Under the pieces are notes generated by a model, which made no database searches, was not told the origin of the DNA, and saw only the letters and a program-made list of their open reading frames with translations. A DNA stretch of 64,000 bases from the NCBI RefSeq assembly GCF_006345805.1, contig NC_043026.1, positions 9,052,001 to 9,116,000 of the forward strand, written 5' to 3'. This DNA is from Octopus sinensis. Taxonomy: Eukaryota. Positions 11,721-22,890 of the stretch are shown in pieces. A program made the position numbers and the translations under genes. How positions within the stretch are numbered: the first letter of the stretch is position 1; every line of letters begins with the position of its first letter.

Positions 11721-12655
11721 GGATCTTTTCTGTTTGAACGGCAGTTTTTAACATAATTTCTAGGTAACTAAAAAGTTTTAAACTTCGTATACTGGTAGAA
11801 TGTGTTACATAAAACATCTTTTCTTGTTGGCTTCATTGAGAAAATTCTGTAGTTTGTAAGATATTTCGTCTTTAATTTCTTGCATTTCGACAATTTTAAC
11901 CAATCACTCACGTCTATTGAGGTAAAAAAATATTCTGTGCCGTATGAATATGTCCCCCGTTTAAGAAACAGATTGGGGATCTTTTGTTTGAACGGCAGTT
12001 TTTAACATAATTTCTAGGTAACTAAAAACTTTTAAACTTCGTATACTGGTAGAATGTGTTACATAAAACATCTTTTCCTCTTGGCTTCATTGAGAAAATT
12101 CTGTAGTTTGTAAGATATTTCGTCTTTAATTTCTTGCATTTCGGCAATTTTAACCAATCACTCACGTCTATTGAGGTAAAAAAATATTCTGTGCCGTATG
12201 AATATGTCCCCCGTTTAAGAAACAGATTGGGGATCTTTTGTTTGAACGGCAGTTTTTAACATAATTTCTAGGTAACTAAAAAGTTTTAAACTTCGTATAC
12301 TGGTAGAATGTGTTACATAAAACATCTTTTCCTCTTGGCTTCATTGAGAAAATTCTGTAGTTTGTAAGATATTTCGTCTTTAATTTCTTGCATTTCGGCA
12401 ATTTTAACCAATCACTCACGTCTATTGAGGTAAAAAAATATTCTGTGCCGTATGAATATGTCCCCCGTTTAAGAAACAGATTGGGGATCTTTTGTTTGAA
12501 CGGCAGTTTTTAACATAATTTCTAGGTAACTAAAAACTTTTAAACTTCGTATACTGGTAGAATGTGTTACATAAAACATCTTTTCCTCTTGGCTTCATTG
12601 AGAAAATTCTAGAGTTTGTAACATGTTTGTAAGATATTCTCTTCAACGGCCGTTT
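11721..12655. repeat. Tandem array of ~254-bp units (~3.7 copies) derived from the left arm of a MITE
   Basis: ggatctttt...gaacggcagttttt units start at 11721, 11977, 12231 and 12485. The unit matches the left part of the MITE at 34444-34842. Confidence 0.85.
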
Positions 12656-12729
12656 TTTCTACAGATAGAGAAAATAGGGGGTCTACGAAATTGTCATATC
12701 TGCCCCCAATATGAAGAGTATCAGTACCA

Positions 12730-13070
12730 GTGCTCAATACCAAGAAGCCTGAATCCAGTTGCAACCCAGTATCCTGTCCACTTGACCAAAGATGTATGAC
12801 TAAATCTATCGTATATAAGACAGACGTTACTGCAACCCTAAATAATAATACAACTAATAAGAAGGCCTCTGTTGGATTACGTGGAGGAGAATTTAAAAAT
12901 CGCTCTTCCAATCACATAGGGACAAAAATAAAGTTGACGAACTTCATATGGACCCTGAAAGATAACGAAACATTGCATGTGATTAAATGGAAAGTAATTG
13001 AGAAATCCCTACCTTATGTGAAGGGATTGCATAATTGTAGACATTGTTCAGCTGAAAGGGCACCGATTCT
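12730..13070 (+). mobile_element. Penelope-like element remnant, GIY-YIG endonuclease region
   Basis: Translation CPLDQRCMTKSIVYKTDV...VGLRGGEFKNRSSNH...LTNFIWTLKDN...IKWKVIEK...CRHC resembles the PLE GIY-YIG C-terminus. Recognised by eye; catalytic motifs are eroded. Confidence 0.65.
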
Positions 13071-13299
13071 TATTTCTTTATTGCCCACAAGGAGCTAAAC
13101 ATAGTGGGGACAAACAAGGACAAAGGGATTAAGTTGATTACATCGACCCCAGTGCATAACTGGTACTTAATTTATCGACCCCCAAAAGGATGAAAGGCAA
13201 AGTTGACCTTGGCGGAATTTGAACTCAGAACGTAGTGGCAGACAAAGTACCGCTAAGCATTTTGCCTGGCGTGCTAACGTTTCTGCCAGCTCGCCGCCT
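13070..13299 (-). mobile_element. SINE2 monomer
   Basis: The minus strand starts ggcgagctggcagaaacgttagcacgcc and ends ccttgtgggcaataaagaaat. Confidence 0.85.
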
Positions 13300-13744
13300 T
13301 AAAGGGCACAGATTCTGTTAAGCTCTACGATCTGTACCCCTCTATTGAACTCCAGGTGAGAAATTTTCAGTGATCGCAAGCATATGTATAAATATATTTT
13401 GAAGAATTGGAAAATTCTGCCTATTCCTGACTCACTTGACATTTTCCCATCCTTATCGTTTAAGGAGGATAGCTCTTTTACCTTTTTACATTTTGGTTTC
13501 TGTTTTTCAATTTCCATTGTTTACTGCCTGCATTTTCTGTATGCTCCCTCCACAGATTTTCCCGTTTCTTCTCTTATTCAATTTCTTTAGTTTGTTATGA
13601 TACATGGTTTATGCCTGAAGAATATGTTTCAGGTTTCTAAAGCATATGGAGCTGTTAGTAGCGCTTTAATACGTATACTGTGACCTTTAAATAAATTATA
13701 TACACACGCAAACACAGATATGGCTCTAGGCTCAATCACAAGTA

Positions 13745-14035
13745 TTTTCTACAATAGCTTCTGGCTGACCAAAGCCTTGTGAATGGATTTGGGAGATGGA
13801 AACTGAAGGAAGCCCAATGTATATGTGTGTGTGGGTATGTTGTCCTCCCACCCCTTCAACACTTGACAAGCAGTGTTGGTGTGTTTATGTCCCCATACCT
13901 GTGGTTTGGCAAAAGTGGCTGATTGAATAAGTGCTAAGCTCAAAAAATAAGTCCTAGCATTGATTCTAGTGACTGAAGCCTTTAAAGTTGGTGCTCCAGC
14001 ATGACCGCAGTCAAAACAACTGAAACCAGTAAAAA
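13745..14035 (+). mobile_element. SINE1, 5'-truncated and diverged
   Basis: gaccaaagccttgtgaatggatttgg...ctccagcatgaccgcagtcaa. Confidence 0.65.
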
Positions 14036-14224
14036 AGTGTGTGTGTGTGTGTATTTACGAATGTGGAGCTGGAGTTTAGAAATATGTTAGCTTCAAACAG
14101 GATTTTGTGATGTAAATATTAATAAATTAAAAAGTTCTGTTGTTCAGTTAAATGTTTATTTCTAGAGTTTATCTCTATGGAAATGTTGAATCTGTATTTT
14201 TTTAAGTAGCCTCTATATCTTACA

Positions 14225-14602
14225 CTGTTGTTTCTTTATTATTTCAGAATATCAGATGACATTGGCATAACTGAAGATACATTCTCATTATTTATCATCT
14301 TTTAAAGACCAAAATGAAAATATTGTACAGAAGAGATATATAAGATTGTTTCTATAAATCTGTGGTGGAATTCCTCTGATATATTTACTCTGAAATGTGT
14401 TATTAGCAAACCTTCTGGACATCACTGGCTGGAGTGTCTACAAGATGAGTCTGTTTGCAGATTGAACGTGGATAAATTTAGTTGTTTTGTGACAAAGGTA
14501 ACAGTGGCCAGAAATACAACAGTTGAAATATTTGTAAACAAAAGACTATAGAAGCAAAAAGAATAATAAAAGAAGGTATATTGTGAAGTTGAAGGAAAAA
14601 TA
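14225..14602 (+). promoter_or_regulatory. Conserved splice acceptor (AG 14246-14247) and 5' leader of ZNF-C
   Basis: ctgttgtttctttattatttcag|aatatcagATGACATTGGCATAA, nearly identical upstream of four paralogs. Confidence 0.65.
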
Positions 14603-15439
14603 ATGGAAAAGAGTGAGAAAGTGAAGGAACATATTTTTCCAGAAGATAACAAAAAAGGGAGAGAAAAATTGTCACATGACTGTGATGTCTGTAAAAAATC
14701 CTTCTCTCGAAAGGGTAACTTGAATAGGCACAAATGTATTCATACCGGGGAGACGCCATTTCAATGTGATATCTGTGGTAAATCATTCTCTCGAAAATAT
14801 AACTTGTCTTTACACAAACGTATTCATACAGGAGAGACACCATATCAGTGCAACATCTGTGGCAAATCTTTCTCTGTCTGTATTAACCTAACTAATCACA
14901 AACGTATTCATACAGGAGAGTCACCATATCACTGTGAAATCTGTGGTAAATCCTTCTCTCAAAGTGGCAACTTAGCTTCTCATAAACGTTTCCATACAGG
15001 AGAGAAGCCACATCCCTGTGATGTCTGTAACAAATCTTTCTCTAACAGTAGTAACCTAATTACCCATAAGCGTATTCATACAGGAGAAACACCATATTCT
15101 TGTGATATCTGTGGTAAATCATTCTCTCAAAAAAATAATTTGACTTTACACAAACGTATTCATACAGGAGAGACACCATTTCACTGTGAAATCTGTGGTA
15201 AATTATTCTCTCAAAGTGGCAACGTAGCTAAACATAAACGTATTCATACAGGAGAGACACCATATTCTTGTGATGTCTGTAATAAATCTTTCTCTACCAG
15301 TAGTAACCTAATGACCCATAAACATATCCATACAGGAGAGAAGCTATATCCTTGTGATATCTGTGGAAGGTCATTTACTCAACATGGCAACTTAACTTCT
15401 CACAAACGTGTTCATCAGGGGAAGAAGCAATCCCACTGA
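14603..15439 (+). CDS. C2H2 zinc-finger protein ZNF-C, 278 aa, 9 fingers, intact
   Basis: Open ORF MEKSEKV...HQGKKQSH with nine CxxC-x12-HxxxH units and TGE[KTS][PL] linkers. Confidence 0.92.
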   Translation: MEKSEKVKEHIFPEDNKKGREKLSHDCDVCKKSFSRKGNLNRHKCIHTGETPFQCDICGKSFSRKYNLSLHKRIHTGETPYQCNICGKSFSVCINLTNHKRIHTGESPYHCEICGKSFSQSGNLASHKRFHTGEKPHPCDVCNKSFSNSSNLITHKRIHTGETPYSCDICGKSFSQKNNLTLHKRIHTGETPFHCEICGKLFSQSGNVAKHKRIHTGETPYSCDVCNKSFSTSSNLMTHKHIHTGEKLYPCDICGRSFTQHGNLTSHKRVHQGKKQSH

Positions 15440-15874
15440 TATTTGTGCTAAATCATAATCTCTAAGGGGTTACTGAAACCCTTTACCATGCAGGTTATTC
15501 TGTGAATGTGAGGGTTATTTATTCACATTATTTTCAATTTGCCATCCATTAGCTTACAGTTTTCAAGTTTTGATGATGTGTGGTTGTGTATTTTCAGAAT
15601 GGCATCGTATGGTAGGTGCAAGAGGCTGAGTCTGGCTATGTGCTATGTTAAAGGGATGTATTGATAAAGGTTTAGTAAAATTCTATCAATTAGAAAAAAG
15701 ATATTTAATTTTAATTCTCAAATTTTTATCAATTTTTGCGTGACATTAAAGGGACACTACTCATATATGAACTTAGGCGCGCACACACAGACACAAGAGA
15801 CAAAAGACAATACAAAGAGTTTTCAAATTGAGTAAACAGGAAATAACATTAAAAGAAGAAGAAATTGTTTGTAG

Positions 15875-16470
15875 GCGCAGGAGTGGCTGTGTGGTAAGTA
15901 GCTTGCTTACCAACCACATGGTTCCGGGTTCATTCCAACTGCGTGGCACTTTGTGCAACTGTCTTCTACTATAGCCTCAGGCATACCACAGCCTTGTGAG
16001 TGGATTTGGTAGACGGAAACTGAAAGAAGCCCGTCGTATATATGTATATATAGATAGGTCCTACTAGCGAACAGTGGTCCCGATGCACGCATCCACGCTC
16101 GCTAGTCCTAAGTAGTTGATCCTAAATAATTTTTTAAACTAATGAATTATTTTTAGAAACAAACTAAGGTTGGGGTTATGGTTAAAAAGTCGTTGTAGGA
16201 TCGACTACTTACGACTAGCTAGCGCGTGTGCACGCACCGGGACCACTGTTCGCTAGTAGTACCTATATATATGTTTGTGTGTCTGTGTTTGTCTCCTCAA
16301 CATCGCTTGACAACCGATGGTAGTGTGTTTACGTTCCCGTAACTTAGCGGATCGATAGAATAAGTCCTAGGCTTACAAAGAATACGTCCTGGGGTTGATT
16401 TGCTCGACTAAAGGCGGTGCTCCAGCATGGCCGCAGTCAAATGACTGAAACAAGTAAAAGAGTAAGAGTA
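15875..16470 (+). mobile_element. SINE1 full length, interrupted by a TIR MITE
   Basis: Head ggcgcaggagtggctgtgtgg. The 3' half resumes after 16263. Confidence 0.85.
16057..16263. mobile_element. MITE with GGT[AC]CTACTAGCGAACAGTGGTCCC terminal inverted repeats (Merlin-type candidate)
   Basis: ~60-bp TIRs. Flanks tatagata / tatatata match at 7 of 8 positions (or a TA duplication), inside the SINE TA tract. Confidence 0.75.
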
Positions 16471-16662
16471 TATTTGAATCAACAACTGCTATAAACGACC
16501 TCCCTCTAAATTAATTAACAATATCACCAGCGGCGCCTCCCTGGCACTTGTGCCGGTGGTCCGTGAAAAGAACATTCGAGCGAGGGCGTTGCCAGGGCCG
16601 CTGGACTGACACCTATGTAGGTGACACGTAAAAACACCATTTGAGCGTGGCCGTTGCTAGTA

Positions 16663-17615
16663 CCTATTTCTTTACTACCCACAAGGGGCTAAAGACAGAG
16701 AGGACAAACGGATTAAGTTGATTACATCGACCCCAGTGTGTAACTGGTACTTAATTTATCGGCCCCAAAAGGATGAAAGGCAAAGTCGACCTCGACGGAA
16801 TTTGAACTCAGAACGTAACGGCAGATGAAATACCTATTTCTTTATTACCCACAAGGGGCTAAACACAGAGGGGACAAACAAGGACAGACATGGGTATTAA
16901 GTCGATTACATCGACTCCAGTGCGTAACTGGTACTTATTAATCGACCCCGAAAGGATGAAAGGCAAAGTCGACCTCGGCGGAATTTGAACTCAGAACGTA
17001 ATGGCAGATGAAATACCTATTTCTTTATTACCCACAAGGGGCTAAACACAGAGGGGACAAACAAGGACAGACATGGGTATTAAGTCGATTACATCGACTC
17101 CAGTGCGTAACTGGTACTTAATTTATCGACCCCGAAAGGATGAAAGGCAAAGTCGACCTCGGCGGAATTTGAACTCAGAACGTAACGGCAGATGAAATAC
17201 CTATTTCTTTATTACCCACAAGGGGCTAAACACAGAGGGGACAAACAAGGACAGACATGGGTATTAAGTCGATTACATCGACTCCAGTGCGTAACTGGTA
17301 CTTAATTTATCGACCCCGAAAGGATGAAAGGCAAAGTCGACCTCGGCGGAATTTGAACTCAGAACGTAACGGCAGATGAAATACCTATTTCTTTATTACC
17401 CACAAGGGGCTAAACACAGAGGGGACAAACAAGGACAGACATGGGTATTAAGTCGATTACATCGACTCCAGTGCGTAACTGGTACTTAATTTATCGATCC
17501 CGAAAGGATGAAAGGCAAAGTCGACCTCGACGGAATTTGAACTCAGAACGTAACGGCAGCGAAATACCGCTAAGCATTTCCCCCGGCGTGCTAACGATTC
17601 TGCCAGCTCGCCACC
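16663..17615 (-). mobile_element. SINE2 with five tandem body units (~183 bp period)
   Basis: Units start at 16663, 16833, 17016, 17200 and 17384. A single A-box head lies at ~17560-17615. Confidence 0.88.
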
Positions 17616-17734
17616 TGACATGCACATATATATACCATCTTACACGCAGACGCGCACATAGATGCAAATAATTAAACACCCCGCCGAATTTGAACTCAAA
17701 ACGTAACCCCTGACGAAATACGGCCAACGTGAAA

Positions 17735-17915
17735 CCAATATTTCATACGCATGCGCACTAAACCTATTTCCACTTCCATTCATTACGTCTTGACAAGCGT
17801 GTCGGGCCCCGGAATTTCTCTCAATTCACTCCCAAACACATTTATAATACATTTCTCAACCACCTGACGCACTTCTAACAACAACACCATCCTTTATAAA
17901 GACATTCCCGTAAGT
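17735..17915 (+). promoter_or_regulatory. Putative promoter and non-coding exon 1 of ZNF-D
   Basis: CGCATGCGCA at 17748-17757, donor CC|GTAAGT at 17910. 17735-18270 is a close reverse-complement copy of ~11040-11555. Confidence 0.55.
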
Positions 17916-18789
17916 ATTAAACTATTTAATTTCTAAATACTTCCTGTCTCAGATGTCCTTTGATTTGTGCGACATTTGGCTGCTATTTCTAGCTATGGAG
18001 GCTACATTCTACACTTTCCATCATTTTCCCACGTTTCTTGTGTTTTCACTGTGGATAAATGCCAGAAACGGCCTCAGACTCACCGATATCTTAAATCGTA
18101 AACAGAAGCAACCAGGGGCGAAGAATAGGGTTGAAAAAAAGATCATAAATGTGTTTATGAAGAGAAAAACTTCAAAAGATGGGAAAGTGAAACGAGGAGG
18201 GTTGTCTTAGGACGTGCTAGAAACAACAGCCAAATCTCCCTTAAATCACACTTTTTCCTTTGAAAATATTTAATCTTTTAATACTTTGTGTCTCATGTGT
18301 CCTTTGATCTGTTCGACATTTGGCTGCTATTTCTAGCTGTGGAGTCTACCTTCTACACCAGGGTGGGGGAAACCTCACTTCCGGCCAATAAACTTTGGCG
18401 ATCTTTCGTTTTGACTCGGAATAAAGTAAGCATTGAATTCGGCCGTTTCTGTGACCCCGTGTGTGTGTGTGTGTGAGTGCTTCTTCTGTATATGTTTGTG
18501 TCCTGTTTTTTTTTTTTTCTTAATTATTATTACGACTTATGAACAGTGGTCCCAGGGCGCGCACTCGCGGACCCGCGCTAGCTAGTCATGACTAGTCGAG
18601 CTTTACTTTGTGCTGTGCTTTTATGTGTTATTTACTCTGTTTAAAAAATTATTTGGGTATTCGGCGATCTTTCGGTATAAGTACCGGATACATTAAAAAA
18701 AAAAAAGTGTATTTTTTATATATTTTACGAACTGCACATTTTCACTAGTACTAATCTGCTACTAAAATGAAAGGGACAATAATAGGGAA

Positions 18790-19265
18790 TCTTTATATAT
18801 AAAAGTAAGGTTGTGTGTCTGTCTCCTACGATTTAGATTCCTAACTACTCCCACATTTTGCGGTGCAGTGTAACCAAAACCGGGTATCTTATAGTCATGA
18901 TTCATATCGAGCCCGTCTGGGTATTAGCGCGCGTCTACGATGAGTCTACGATTTTAAAAAAATTTACCATCATTTTTTCCCATTTTAAATGCATTTTTTC
19001 GCTATTATATAAGGGAGGTAACTCTCTAAAAATGTCTACGATGAGTCAACGATTTAAAAAAAAATTACCATCATTTTTTTTCATTTTAATGCATTTTTTC
19101 GCTATTATATAAGGGAAGTAACTCTCTAAAAATGTCTACGATGAGTCAACGATTCAAAAAAAATTTACCATCATTTTTTCCCATTTTTTTTTGCTATAAC
19201 TCTCTAAGAATGCTTATATAGTTATTTCCCTTAGAAATCCGAGCAACGCCGGGCGATACTGCTAG
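18790..19265 (+). mobile_element. Complete non-autonomous Helitron (476 bp)
   Basis: A|TC 5' end (tctttatatataaaag), 3' hairpin ccgagcaacgccggg (19239-19253) and CTAG|T terminus. Inserted between A and T with no TSD. Confidence 0.88.
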
Positions 19266-19579
19266 TTGTAAATAAAAGGGAGTTGTAAGAATTTGCTCCT
19301 AAAAGCCTGTAAAGGAACTGGTTGTGTCTTTACACTGTTCGGGTGCAACACAATTTCCATTTTTGTTTCCAGAAACTACCAGCCAGGAACAAGAAAGCAA
19401 CCTTGAAAAATATATGACTCTTTATTTTCTTATTTACAAAAAGAAGGCACGTTGGTAAATTAGTAACCTCTTGGTGTCGGTGCAGCAATGCTGAAGTTTA
19501 ACACTTGTAAGATAAACCTCACAACAAATTCAGGAGCAACAGAGCAGGTCAAATCCCAAGCGTCTGGGACAGGAGAATA

Positions 19580-20442
19580 CATTTCTTTACTACCCACAAG
19601 GGCTAAACACAGAGGGGACAAACAAGGACAGACATAGGTATTAATTCGATTATACCGACCCCAGTGCGTAACTGGTACTTAATTTATTGACCCTGGAGGG
19701 ATGAAAGGCAAAGTCGACCTCGGCGGAATTTGAACTCACAACGTAACGACGTACGAAATACCTATTTCTTTATTACCCACAAGGGGCTAAACACAGAAGG
19801 GACAAACAAGGACAGACAAAGGGATTAAGTCGATTACATCGACCCTGAAAGGATGAAAGGCCAAGTCGACCTCGGCGGAATTTGAACTCGCAACGTAACG
19901 ACATACGAAATACCTATTTCTTTATTACCCACAAGGGGCTAAACACAGAAGGGACAAACAAGGACAGACAAAGGGATTAAGTCGATTACATTGACCCTGA
20001 AAGGATGAAAGGCCAAGTCGACCTCGGCGGAATTTGAACTCACAACGTAACGACATACGAAATACCTATTTCTTTATTACCCACAAGGGGCTAAACACAG
20101 AAGGGACAAACAAGGACAGACAAAGGGATTAAGTCGATTACATCGACCTGAAAGGATGAAAGGCCAAGTCGACCTCGGCGGAATTTGAACTCAACGTAAC
20201 GACATACGAAATACCTTTCTTTATACCCACAAGGGGCTAAACACAGAAGGGACAAACAAGGACAGACAAAGGGATTAAGTCGATTATATCGACCCCAGTG
20301 CGTAACTGGTACTTAATTTATCGACCCCCCGAAAAGGCAAAGTCGACCTCAGCGGAATTTGAACTCGGAACGTTACGGCAGACGAAATACGACTACGCAA
20401 TTCACCCGGCGTGCTAACGATTCTGCCAGCTCACCGCCAATA
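19580..20442 (-). mobile_element. SINE2 pentamer flanked by a 16-bp TSD
   Basis: ctgggacaggagaata at 19564-19579 and 20443-20458. Units at 19580, 19761, 19913, 20064 and 20214; the middle units are ~151 bp with a shared deletion. Confidence 0.88.
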
Positions 20443-20747
20443 CTGGGACAGGAGAATAGGCTCATCACACGTTTAAGACACGTCCTCTCCCTTCAAAAGC
20501 CGTGTCTCAAGTGACCGACGCTAATAAGGAACGCTATAGAAATTTTTTTTTTTACCCAGTTTTTAGCGCATGTGCATGAGGGAACTTCCTTAGGCCTTTC
20601 CAGAAGGTTGCAGCCCCGCACGCGCACCCTGAAGAATGACGTCACTACAAGCTAACCAATCAGAGCTAACTAAATTCTTACCACGTGGTCTTGTAAATTT
20701 TTATTCTCCCGCACTTTTTAGTAGCACAGATTATTACTCGTGTGAAG

Positions 20748-21626
20748 ATGTTGTCTGAATTCCTGCCTCTTCTTAGAGACTTTGAAACGACGTATTCGTT
20801 TCTGAAGGAGAAGAAAGTGCTCAATAGTGTTCATCCCCGATGTGTACAATGCCACAAAGAGATGACGCTGATAAAGTACAACGATGAGAAGATATTCCGC
20901 TGCCCGACGCACAAAGGTGTGAAGGTGTCCATCCGGAAGAATTCCTACCTTGAAAAGTCCAGGCTAAAGCTACGTGATTTCCTCACATTAACATTTTCAT
21001 GGAGTCTCAACATAGCGATTCCAGCAGCAACAGCACTAACCGGTTTGTCCAAAAGCACCGTGATCCAGTGGTATTACTATATCCGCGATATTACGAGCAA
21101 CCACCTTCACAAGAACCCATACCAAATTGGTGGAGTCGGGCACATCGTTGAAATTGGTGAATGGAAATATAACAGAGGTGGGATGCCACAAGAGAGGTTT
21201 GTTTTCGGAGGATGGGATAGAGAAGACAAGAATGGTTTTCTAGCCGTCGTACCTGACCATTCCTCCGAAAGTCTGCTACCCGTCATCGAGAAATTTATAA
21301 GACCAGGCACTACGGTTTATTCGGATAGTTGGGGTGCTTACAATGGGATTGCTGAAATGGATGTGACACCCAAATACATCCATTTCACAGTCAACCATTC
21401 CAAGAATTTCGTTGATCCAGTGACACACGTACACACGAATTCTGTGGCGTGTTACTGGAAGAATGCGAAAAGGCGCTTTAAGACGATGATGGGGGCACAC
21501 TCCAACATGATGGAGCTGTATCTGGACGAATTCCTTTGGAAGAACCGATATGGGAAGTGTGGGAAAGAGTGTTTTGAGAATATTCTCAAACACCTTTCCG
21601 AATGGTACACATTCGAAGAAGCGTGA
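20748..21626 (+). CDS. Merlin (IS1595/ISXO2-like DDE) transposase ORF, ~292 aa, catalytic triad altered
   Basis: N-terminal CxxC...CxxH, GGVGHIVEIGE..KYNRG, FVFGG, PGTTVYSDSWGAY, VNHSKNFVDP and HTNSVACYW, YLDEFLW are characteristic of Merlin/ISXO2. First ATG at 20748. Confidence 0.85.
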   Translation: MLSEFLPLLRDFETTYSFLKEKKVLNSVHPRCVQCHKEMTLIKYNDEKIFRCPTHKGVKVSIRKNSYLEKSRLKLRDFLTLTFSWSLNIAIPAATALTGLSKSTVIQWYYYIRDITSNHLHKNPYQIGGVGHIVEIGEWKYNRGGMPQERFVFGGWDREDKNGFLAVVPDHSSESLLPVIEKFIRPGTTVYSDSWGAYNGIAEMDVTPKYIHFTVNHSKNFVDPVTHVHTNSVACYWKNAKRRFKTMMGAHSNMMELYLDEFLWKNRYGKCGKECFENILKHLSEWYTFEEA

Positions 21627-21773
21627 TGAACAAATGTGAGATATTAATTTTTTTATTTACTTTGTTTAATTTGTGTAAAAAAAGATATATATACATCTGT
21701 GTGAAGTTCAGTTTAAAGTTTATAAATAAATGTATTCTTGCATTATTCATTATTGTTTTTAAAAAAGAAATCA

Positions 21774-22257
21774 CACCAAATGACCACCACCACCGCGATC
21801 ACATACAACAATCATACGTGTGTATGTGTATATATATATGGCTATATGTCTGACTAATGTCTGTGTGTCTGTATAAGTAGTTATATGCTTATATTATCCA
21901 TTATAGTAATATTTGTCTTAAGGCGGTCAATAGTTTAATTAAAGATGTGTCTATACATGTATATATATTTATACATGTGTATACATTACACATGTATATA
22001 TATATATATGTATACACATGTATATATACATATGTATATATATACATGTATAGACACATCTTTAATTAAACTATTGACTGCCTTAAAACGGATTTCAACA
22101 GACAAATATTACTATAATGGATAATATAAGCATATAACTATTTATACAGACACACAGACATTAGTCAGACATATAGCCACATATACACACACACACACAC
22201 GTGTGTATGATTGGTGTATGTGATCGCGGTGGGGGGTGGTGGTGGTGGTCATTGGTG
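21774..22257. repeat. ~220-bp-arm near-perfect inverted repeat around a TA/CA loop
   Basis: aaatgaccaccaccaccgcgatcacatac...gatgtgtctatacatg is mirrored by catgtatagacacatc...gtatgtgatcgcggtgg...ggtcatt. Confidence 0.88.
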
Positions 22258-22890
22258 GGACGTAAATGAACGGCGTAAATTAACGAAGGTACAAACCTGA
22301 CGTAAATACACGAAGTTGACGACTTTCACTTCTGACAGCTAAAAGCACGACAGTGCCAAAAAAAAATAATAATTAAGTTTAAAAAATTGGCAATCTTTCG
22401 ATTACCAAAAAATTATTTACTTTGTTCAAAAAATATGTAAAAAAAAAAAAAAAGAAAAAAATTTACGGAAATCGACGGAAAGGTCTACTAGAGACGAAAG
22501 ATTGCCTTAATGGCAATTAATTTTCAAGAATTATTTACTTGCGTTTTATTTAATTTGTTCGATACAGTTCTGATTTGCGCATGCGCAAATGAGCTCATTT
22601 GCATACGCCCTAGTCGTAGTATCGACTACGTGCGTCGCCGCGCAACGGGACCTGTATACGCCAGTAGTACCCTCAAGTTCTAACTCTTATACCTGTGTCA
22701 AATCTATATTTATAAAGCTTAGTACCGAAGGGTACTTGTATCGCAGAGTGGTCCCGGTTTGCGCACACACGCAGACGCGCGTCCGCGCTAGCCAGACGTA
22801 GCCAGTCGATCCTACGAGCTGGCTGGCGCATGCACGATATATATGATATATACTTGTATCGATATATACGTATTTACTTGTATACATACG

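Noticed and set aside
14248-14310. Possible extra coding exon (ISDDIGITEDT...) upstream of MEKSEK
   Set aside because: The frame closes at TAA within ~20 codons and no conserved donor follows. It was treated as 5' leader.
11040-18270. Inverted 500-bp pair as TIRs of one large transposon carrying ZNF-C
   Set aside because: A third copy exists at 60.3-60.5 kb, no TSD was seen, and each copy has a donor and NRF1-type motif oriented toward a ZNF gene. Paralogous promoters are the better explanation.
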